Assembly (NCBI RefSeq): GCF_001306055.1 | Contig: NZ_LGHJ01000029.1 | Span: 1 to 32,000 of the forward strand | Source: Bellilinea caldifistulae | GTDB taxonomy: Bacteria > Chloroflexota > Anaerolineae > Anaerolineales > Anaerolineaceae | DNA: 32,000 nucleotides | Direction of reading: 5' to 3' | Part shown: positions 26,031 to 32,000 of the stretch, piece after piece | How positions within the stretch are numbered: position 1 is the stretch's first letter | How the letters are laid out: each line of letters begins with the position of its first letter | The notes under the pieces: generated by a model | Database searches by the model: none | Told to the model about the DNA's origin: nothing | Seen by the model: the letters and a program-made list of their open reading frames with translations, nothing else | Program-made: the position numbers and the translations under genes

Positions 26031-26679
26031 ATCTGAAATCATCCTTTATCAACAATGGGTTCTTAGAATTCGCCCGGCTGCCGATCAACAATCCGCAAGA
26101 ATTCTACTCATGATTCATGGCTGGACGGGAGACGAAAACTCGATGCAGATTTTTCAGCGAGCCGTATCCTCCGAATACTGGATTATTGCCCCACGCGGAT
26201 GGATTTCTACACCCGAAGGCGGTTATGGGTGGATTGGTCACCGGCCTGGGCGGGAAGCAACTTTACAAGCCTTTATCGAACCTGCTCAGGCTTTAAATCA
26301 ACTCCTCAGGCTTATTCGGCGCGACTATTCTCTTCCTGATCAGCCAATTGATCTGATGGGTTTCAGTCAGGGAGCAGCGCTTGCCCTCGCTTATTGTTTA
26401 CAATATCCTGCTCAGGTTCACAAAGCGGCGGTGCTCTCTGGCTTTTTACCCTTCCTGCCGGATGATTACCAGCCTCCGGAGGATTTTGCCAAAATCGCCT
26501 TCTTTGTTGCCCATGGAAGTCAGGATGACATTGTGCCGGTCCAGCGTGCTTATGAGGTTGTTCAATTTCTGAAAAAAGCCAACGCCACGGTGCAATTTTG
26601 CCACTCGCCGGTTGGTCATCGCATCAGTTCAGCCTGTTTTCGAGAGCTCAACCACTTTTTTGCTCCTCAGCGACGCTGA
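26014..26679 (+). CDS. Alpha/beta hydrolase, phospholipase/carboxylesterase family (Abhydrolase_2-like)
   Basis: 221 aa. GTG start is required to include the beta-strand preceding LLMIHGWTGDE. Nucleophile GFSQGAA, acid region HGSQDDIVP, His in SPVGHRI. Confidence 0.8.
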   Translation: MNEVTESEIILYQQWVLRIRPAADQQSARILLMIHGWTGDENSMQIFQRAVSSEYWIIAPRGWISTPEGGYGWIGHRPGREATLQAFIEPAQALNQLLRLIRRDYSLPDQPIDLMGFSQGAALALAYCLQYPAQVHKAAVLSGFLPFLPDDYQPPEDFAKIAFFVAHGSQDDIVPVQRAYEVVQFLKKANATVQFCHSPVGHRISSACFRELNHFFAPQRR

Positions 26680-27290
26680 ACAAAGGAAAAAATTCCCAGT
26701 AAAACACCAATCGTGAATAAAACAACGATGATCAGCCCCATCGGTACACCCGGCACAACCCCCGTTGAGGGATTCTGAAAAGTGGGTATCACCAGTGGAG
26801 GCGGCGGAGTAAAGGTTGGCAAACGAGTTGGGGCAACGGTCACAATAAATTGTGCCGCAAGGGTCGGATCTATCGTCGCGGTCATATCCCGGGTTGGGGT
26901 TGGTGGTGGCTCCACAATGGGTAATTCGCCGGGGGTAATATTCACAAAAGCGCTGTAAACCCACCCAACATTGCCCGGCGCACCAGGGTACTCGATTAAA
27001 ATCCAATCACCGCCCGGCGAGCGGCCCTTTGCCACCGCCGTCTGGCCGATCAACAAAATGCCAACGCGAGGATACAACGCATTTGGCCCACTGCGGACGT
27101 TGATCGAGGGTTCATTGCTGCCTGCTCTGACCGAGACAATCGGCCCGCTGGGAGTACTTGTGACCGTCGCAATATCTACGGTTGGAATTTGAGCCAGAAC
27201 CCGGGTCTGTTCCAATCCCGGCAACCCAAATGACATGATTATCGTTATAATAAACAGCAGAAAAAACCCGACTTGTTTCTTCAAACGCAT
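26667..27290 (-). CDS. Secreted/anchored SH3b-domain protein with Pro-rich linker and C-terminal TM anchor
   Basis: The ORF is open to 27578, but MRLKKQVGFFLLFIITIIM at 27290 is a signal-like start and avoids overlap with the divergent gene. SH3b-like NVRSGPNALYPRVGILLIGQTAVAKGRSPGGDWILIEY..GWVYSAFV. PPPTPT/PPPP linker. Terminal helix GLIIVVLFTIGVLLGIFSFV. Confidence 0.65.
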   Translation of the reverse strand: MRLKKQVGFFLLFIITIIMSFGLPGLEQTRVLAQIPTVDIATVTSTPSGPIVSVRAGSNEPSINVRSGPNALYPRVGILLIGQTAVAKGRSPGGDWILIEYPGAPGNVGWVYSAFVNITPGELPIVEPPPTPTRDMTATIDPTLAAQFIVTVAPTRLPTFTPPPPLVIPTFQNPSTGVVPGVPMGLIIVVLFTIGVLLGIFSFVQRR

Positions 27291-27320
27291 TCTTTCACCT
27301 GATTTTTGAAAGCCCGAGCG

Positions 27321-27938
27321 ATGAGTACATCTGCAGATTATAACCGATCTGATCAATTGCACAGAATTTATCACGGTGCTGTTACGCCAACGGATATTTC
27401 CCGCAGTTTGTTTGCAGCCTTCAACCGCGGTAACTATCGCGCTCAGCAAATCGGTAGCGGCGATAAAATTGTAGTTCAAATCGGCACTCGTCCTAACGCT
27501 ACCTCCGGTGGTCAAACCGCCATCACGGTCTCTATCCAATCTCACCAAGATGGAATTATTGTCCAGATGGGACAGCAAAACTGGCTGGGAGTGGCTGCCA
27601 GCCTGGGAAAGACCGCTTTGTTTGCCTTGCGCAACCCCCTGAATTTACTCCATCGGATAGATGATCTTGCTCAGGATATTGAATCAATTCAGTTGATTGA
27701 CCAAATCTGGCAAGTGGTTGATCAAACCGCCAGATCGCTGAACAGCACTCAGGAACTGTCCGAGAGATTCAGACGCCTGGTATGCGATTATTGCAACACA
27801 CCCAATCCCCTTGGTGAACCACACTGCATTGCTTGCGGTGCACCATTAGGTAATCTTCAACCAAAAACCTGCCGGTTTTGCGGTTTTATTCTCAAACCCA
27901 ACGAGCGTAAATGCCCAAATTGCGGTAAATCCACATAA
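27321..27938 (+). CDS. Double zinc-ribbon (DZR-like) protein with uncharacterised N-terminal domain
   Basis: ATG at 27321 is preferred over TTG at 27306. The C-terminus has two CxxC..CxxC units (CDYC..CIAC and CRFC..CPNC). The ~150-aa N-terminal part has no motif I recognise. Confidence 0.6.
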   Translation: MSTSADYNRSDQLHRIYHGAVTPTDISRSLFAAFNRGNYRAQQIGSGDKIVVQIGTRPNATSGGQTAITVSIQSHQDGIIVQMGQQNWLGVAASLGKTALFALRNPLNLLHRIDDLAQDIESIQLIDQIWQVVDQTARSLNSTQELSERFRRLVCDYCNTPNPLGEPHCIACGAPLGNLQPKTCRFCGFILKPNERKCPNCGKST

Positions 27939-27939
27939 A

Positions 27940-29448
27940 TTAATCGCCTGAAGGATTACGCCATTGCCGTCCGTCCTGCTGGATGAAATCATCTATTCCC
28001 GGCGGCCCCCACGTACCGGCTTCATAAACCGGCAGATTGCGCACGGGAAATTGCTGCCAGGCCTCTAAAATGTTGGAGGTGAAGGCCCACTGACTCAGCA
28101 CCTCGTCGGAACGGGTGAACAGGGTTGCATCTCCCTGAATGCAATCCAGCAGTAATCGCTCGTAGGCTTCAGGTGGCTCCGTACCGAAAGTCTCTTGATA
28201 GTTGAACTCCATGTTGACCGGGGCAATTTGGTTGATCGGCCCCGGCGCCTTTGCGCCAAATTCCAACCGAATTCCTTCATCCGGTTGAAGGCTGAGTACC
28301 AGGGTATTGGGTGCATCACCCGCCAGATTATGCCAGTCAAACAGGGACAATGGAGCTTGACGAAAACGGATAACGATCTCGGTCAGACGAGTTGGCAGTC
28401 TTTTTCCAGAGCGGACATAGAAAGGTACCCCCGCCCAGCGCCAGTTATCAATGTACAAACGAGCAGCCAACAGGGTTTCGGTAACAGAGTCGGGTGGAAC
28501 GCCCGCTTCATCCTTATAACCCGGTACACGCTTACCATCAACGGTACCGGAAACATATTGAGCCCGGTAGGTATTCTGGATAGCATCCTTCCCCCTCAGG
28601 GGGCGCAGGGCTTTCAATACTTTTACTTTTTCATCCCTTACCGCATCGGCATTAAAACCCACCGGTGCTTCCATGGCAGTCAGGGTAACCAGCTGCAACA
28701 AGTGATTTTGAAACATATCACGAATGACACCGGCATTATCATAATAACCCGCACGCGTTCCTACACCGACTGTTTCAGACACGGTGATCTGGACATGATC
28801 TACATACCGGCGATCCCACAAAGGTTCAAAAATCGCATTGGCAAACCGAAATACGAGGATATTTTGGACGGTTTCCTTTCCAAGATAATGGTCAATGCGG
28901 TAAACCTGTTTTTCGGAAAAAACGCGGTGTACAGCCTGTTCCAGTATGGTTGCGGATTCGATGTCCCGACCATATGGCTTTTCAATGACAATTCTGGTCC
29001 AGCCGTTTTCTCGTTTGTTCAGGCCGCTCTTTCCTAACAACTCAACAATGACCAGATATTCTTCTGGTGGAGTCGCCAGATACAAAAGTACATTTTGAAT
29101 CCGGTTGCCTTTAATTAATTCGCTTAATTTCTGGTATCCTTGAAAATCCTCAAATGTTGATTGAACATAGTGGGTTCTCGCCAATAAGCGTTCTAAAATC
29201 TGCGGATCAATGGGTTTACTGCGGGAATGTTCTTCAATGCCGGCCTGTAATTTTTCACGGAGAAACTCATCGCTCCAATCTCTGCGAGCAAAGCCAATCA
29301 GATGCAATTTTTCGGGTAGCTTTTCAGCTTTCATCAACTCATACAAGGCAGGCAGTAGTTTTCTTCGGGTCAAATCACCAGTAACGCCGAAAATCACAAT
29401 AGCAAGTGAGGTGCTCTTGATCTCAGAATTATTCGGAGTCATTTCCAA
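27940..29448 (-). CDS. zwf: Glucose-6-phosphate 1-dehydrogenase
   Basis: 502 aa. NADP-binding IFGVTGDLTRRKLLPALY, EKPYG, and the active-site motif RIDHYLGKE. Confidence 0.95.
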   Translation of the reverse strand: MEMTPNNSEIKSTSLAIVIFGVTGDLTRRKLLPALYELMKAEKLPEKLHLIGFARRDWSDEFLREKLQAGIEEHSRSKPIDPQILERLLARTHYVQSTFEDFQGYQKLSELIKGNRIQNVLLYLATPPEEYLVIVELLGKSGLNKRENGWTRIVIEKPYGRDIESATILEQAVHRVFSEKQVYRIDHYLGKETVQNILVFRFANAIFEPLWDRRYVDHVQITVSETVGVGTRAGYYDNAGVIRDMFQNHLLQLVTLTAMEAPVGFNADAVRDEKVKVLKALRPLRGKDAIQNTYRAQYVSGTVDGKRVPGYKDEAGVPPDSVTETLLAARLYIDNWRWAGVPFYVRSGKRLPTRLTEIVIRFRQAPLSLFDWHNLAGDAPNTLVLSLQPDEGIRLEFGAKAPGPINQIAPVNMEFNYQETFGTEPPEAYERLLLDCIQGDATLFTRSDEVLSQWAFTSNILEAWQQFPVRNLPVYEAGTWGPPGIDDFIQQDGRQWRNPSGD

Positions 29449-29539
29449 AGTCCTTTAAGGGGTTTTGCCTGGGCATCATACAATTGCTATCAATTTTACA
29501 ACCTGCCGGTTAAAATAAACAGAGAAAATTATATACAAC

Positions 29540-30187
29540 ATGGAAACTGTTATGAAAATTCAAAATGACCCCTCCGTACCCAAAATTTACTCCATGAGTG
29601 AATTTCCCCACCCCGGAATTCACCCATTGATTCAATCCCGGCGGTCGTCCAGGATATATGATCCAGAGCGGTTGCTAACCTGGGAACAAATTCACCTCTT
29701 GCTGGAAGCCGCTCGCTCAGCTCCTTCCAGTGGAAATCGCCAGCCGTGGGTTTACCTTGTTTTCGAGCCTACGAATGCTGAACAATTGGAAAAAGCCCGA
29801 TCATGTCTTAACCCAGATAATCAGGTATGGGCAAATCGTGCACCGCTCCTTATCCTCGCCATCAGTCAAGACATTCGTCCCGACGGCAAGGAAAACACAA
29901 AAGCGCTGCACGATTTAGGCATGGCCAATCAGAACCTGTTACTCCAGGCTACTGCCATGGGCTTGAGTTGCCGGCCTATGGCTGGTTTTGACGCAGAAAA
30001 AGCCCGAATGCTTTTCAACATTCCCTCAGGCTACACCCCTCGGCTAATGATCGCCGTAGGTTATGCTGGCGATTTGGAAGATTTGCCAGGTGAAGTACAG
30101 GAAAAAGAACAAAGAGAACGAACCAGAAAACCGGTTTCCGAATTTGCCTTTCGAGGAAGTTGGCAGCAACCTCTGTTTGAGGATTAA
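29540..30187 (+). CDS. Nitroreductase-family flavoprotein
   Basis: 215 aa. RRSSRIY and APSSGNRQPW motifs. Confidence 0.85.
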   Translation: METVMKIQNDPSVPKIYSMSEFPHPGIHPLIQSRRSSRIYDPERLLTWEQIHLLLEAARSAPSSGNRQPWVYLVFEPTNAEQLEKARSCLNPDNQVWANRAPLLILAISQDIRPDGKENTKALHDLGMANQNLLLQATAMGLSCRPMAGFDAEKARMLFNIPSGYTPRLMIAVGYAGDLEDLPGEVQEKEQRERTRKPVSEFAFRGSWQQPLFED

Positions 30188-30210
30188 TCTGAACGCTTTA
30201 TCCATGTATA

Positions 30211-30242
30211 ATAGCATCACAGGAATGTGATGCTATTTTTTT
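30211..30242 (+). terminator. Rho-independent terminator downstream of the nitroreductase gene
   Basis: Perfect 11-bp stem ATAGCATCACA (30211-30221) / TGTGATGCTAT (30226-30236), GGAA loop, then a T-tract at 30237-30242. Starts about 23 nt after the stop codon. Confidence 0.75.
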
Positions 30243-30273
30243 ATCCTTCGGAAACCCCAGGAAAGGAATCATC

Positions 30274-31119
30274 ATGGTTACGATAGTTGCAGATACAACA
30301 TCCAGCATTCCGGTTGATCAAGCCGATGCATTGGGGATACCCTATATACCCCAAATCATTGTCTTTGGTAATGAAACCTACCGCGATGACACCGAAATGG
30401 ACAGCAAAACTTTTCTAAAAAGGCTGCGTGAGTCAACGACACTGCCAAAAACTGCTGCCCCGCCCCCAGCCCTATATCATCCCATCTATGAAAAATACAC
30501 GCAGAACGGTAATACCATCATTGTGTTAACTCCCTCTGCTGATGTTTCTGGAACCTTCCGCAGTGCCGAAGTGGCTGCAGCAGATTTTCCCGGACGCGAT
30601 ATTCGCATTGTGGATACACGCACAATTGGCTCCGGATTGGCCTCCATTGTGCTGGAAGCTCACCGCTGGGCAAAAGAGGGGTTAGACGCCGACACAATTA
30701 TTGAGCGGGTCAAAGACATGAGCCGGAGGGAACGGGTTTATTTTGTGGTTGACACACTCGAATACCTTTATAAAGGCGGCCGTATTGGAGGGGCGAAAAT
30801 GCTGGTTGGCAGTCTTTTGCAGGTCAAGCCCATTCTCCAATTCAAAGATGGCCGCACCGAACCTGTGGAAAGTCAACGCACGAAACGGCGCGCAATGGCC
30901 CGTCTTAAAGAACTGGTTTATTCTGACTGTCCCCGCCATGACGGCGCCTTACTCACTATCATGCACGGGGATGCCGAGGAAGAAGCCCTGAACCTTGCGG
31001 AAGAATTTAAGAACCAACTAGGAATCTCTTCGGTTCGGATATATGACCTGCCGCCTGCAATTCTCGTCCATGCCGGTCCGGGTGTCATCGCAGTGAGCTA
31101 CTTTACAGAGGCAGGATAA
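30274..31119 (+). CDS. degV: DegV-family fatty-acid-binding protein
   Basis: 281 aa. IVADTTSSIP, LPKTAAPPP, and YLYKGGRIGGA motifs. AGGAAAGGAA SD upstream. Confidence 0.9.
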   Translation: MVTIVADTTSSIPVDQADALGIPYIPQIIVFGNETYRDDTEMDSKTFLKRLRESTTLPKTAAPPPALYHPIYEKYTQNGNTIIVLTPSADVSGTFRSAEVAAADFPGRDIRIVDTRTIGSGLASIVLEAHRWAKEGLDADTIIERVKDMSRRERVYFVVDTLEYLYKGGRIGGAKMLVGSLLQVKPILQFKDGRTEPVESQRTKRRAMARLKELVYSDCPRHDGALLTIMHGDAEEEALNLAEEFKNQLGISSVRIYDLPPAILVHAGPGVIAVSYFTEAG

Positions 31120-31129
31120 TCCGTCTCCT

Positions 31130-32000
31130 TCAGAAAGATTCCTCTAAAATCCGCAAAAGTTCTTCATCGGTCAACTCAATTGGGTTGGCTTTCATGCTGC
31201 TTGCTTTTCGGGCGGCTTCAATCACCTTAGAAAAATCTTTTTTCCGAATGCCATACGCTCGTAAGCGGGGGATTTTGAATTCCTCACATATATTTTCTAA
31301 CCACTCAACACCCTGCCAAATGCTTGCACCAGAATCTCCCACCAGCCAGCCAGCCAGTCTTTGATATCGTTCAAGGACCGGATGATTTGGGCTGCGCTGT
31401 TGCACAGCCAGAATATTAACCCGACTGACCACCGGCAGCAAACGCGCACAAATGGCTCCGTGGGGCGCTTCAAACATGCCGCCCAGTGGCGCGGCAAAAC
31501 CATGAACCGCTCCGAGCCCAGCGTTGGCCAAAGCTAAACCGCCCATCAAACTGCCAAAAGCCATCTCCTCCCGTGCCCAAAGGGTATTCCCCTCGTGGTA
31601 TGCCGTGCGCAATGAATGGGCAATTTTTCGGATGCCGCCCTCACAAAATAAATCGGTAAAAACATTTGCCCGGTTTGAAACATACGGTTCAATCACCTGA
31701 GTCAGGGCATCCATGCCAGTACTGGCAGTCACAATAGGGGGGAGATCCAGTGTCAGGGACGGATCAATTAAAGCCACAGCGGGGAGCATTTTGGGGCTGC
31801 GTAAACTGACCTTGACTTTATGCTCCGGCAATGAAATGACCGCATTTCGGGTTACTTCACTGCCGGTACCCGCCGTTGTCGGAACAGCAATCACCGGCAA
31901 GGGATGTACTGGCAAAGGTTTCCCCTTGCCGACAACTTCGAGATACTCTAAGGGATCACCCGGATTAACCGCAAGAGCAGCCACCGCCTTGGCACAATCC
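31130..32000 (-). CDS. Iron-containing (group III) alcohol dehydrogenase, N-terminus outside the window
   Basis: VIAVPTTAGTGSEVT and GLGAVHGFAAPLGG..PHGAICA motifs. The reading frame stays open through 32000 (..DCAKAVAALAV), so the listed M at 31984 is an internal GTG/Val. Confidence 0.85.
   Translation of the reverse strand, partial: DCAKAVAALAVNPGDPLEYLEVVGKGKPLPVHPLPVIAVPTTAGTGSEVTRNAVISLPEHKVKVSLRSPKMLPAVALIDPSLTLDLPPIVTASTGMDALTQVIEPYVSNRANVFTDLFCEGGIRKIAHSLRTAYHEGNTLWAREEMAFGSLMGGLALANAGLGAVHGFAAPLGGMFEAPHGAICARLLPVVSRVNILAVQQRSPNHPVLERYQRLAGWLVGDSGASIWQGVEWLENICEEFKIPRLRAYGIRKKDFSKVIEAARKASSMKANPIELTDEELLRILEESF

Noticed and set aside
26629-27006. Cys-rich 125-aa ORF in an alternative frame of the SH3b gene
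   Set aside because: It is on the same strand as the SH3b CDS in a different frame, and it also runs antisense into the esterase 3' end. The Cys richness comes from reading a GC-rich Pro/Gly/Thr-coding stretch out of frame.
27291-27578. 96-codon N-terminal extension of the SH3b gene (ORF track 26667-27578)
   Set aside because: The extension would overlap the divergent zinc-ribbon gene by more than 250 nt and encodes no signal. The internal MRLKKQ start followed by a hydrophobic signal sequence is a much better start.
28195-29037. 280-aa plus-strand ORF antisense to zwf
   Set aside because: It is codon-phased with zwf (both coordinates are 1 mod 3), so stops can arise only opposite sense TTA/CTA/TCA codons, which are simply absent over this stretch. 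The translation has no motifs, and zwf is unambiguous.
29449-29539. Sigma70-type promoter in the zwf/nitroreductase divergent spacer (TTGCTA at 29484-29489, TAAAAT at 29511-29516)
   Set aside because: The spacer between the hexamers is 21 nt, and the alternative TTTACA gives 10 nt. Neither is compatible with a canonical promoter, so I make no call.
1-32000. Search for CRISPR repeats, IS/transposase or integrase genes, tRNA/rRNA, prophage or toxin-antitoxin pairs
   Set aside because: None found. Nearly every base is covered by conventional CDSs, I noticed no direct-repeat arrays or terminal inverted repeats, and the few spacers are 108 nt or shorter.

Overview
Gene-dense chromosomal segment, about 97-98% coding by my calls, with about 34 CDSs. 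I found no rRNA, tRNA, CRISPR array, transposase or integrase. Gene content suggests a monoderm-type bacterium, possibly Chloroflexota/Anaerolineae-like: Tat-exported SH3b L,D-transpeptidase, YfhO-type GT-C proteins, a ylmD/ylmE/ylmG-like cluster, compact overlapping genes. That taxonomic guess is inference only. Main blocks: (i) mogA plus a CDGSH Fe-S gene. (ii) A six-gene minus-strand operon, 10738 down to 871. It holds two tandem copies of a two-gene module (an unassigned ~530-aa polytopic membrane protein plus a YfhO-like GT-C protein), followed by translationally coupled MoxR AAA+ and DUF58 genes. (iii) A plus-strand pair: a COG1579 coiled-coil zinc-ribbon protein and an 828-aa TM-NACHT-HEAT STAND NTPase. 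(iv) A 12-gene minus-strand run (MFS, smpB, polyprenol-kinase-like, hutH, Tat-L,D-transpeptidase, ccdA, tlpA-like, Grx-like/DUF2085 fusion, pgeF, yggS, yggT, DUF167). (v) A plus-strand PLP-enzyme/patatin/micro-membrane-protein/carboxylesterase operon. (vi) A divergent pair: an SH3b membrane-anchored protein and a double-zinc-ribbon protein. (vii) zwf, nitroreductase, degV and a truncated Fe-ADH. The most interesting candidates for undescribed biology are the duplicated GT-C module coupled to MoxR-DUF58, the COG1579/TM-NACHT-HEAT pair, and the Ldt-CcdA-TlpA-(CxxC-less Grx)-DUF2085 module. All family assignments come from motif recognition by eye, not from database searches.
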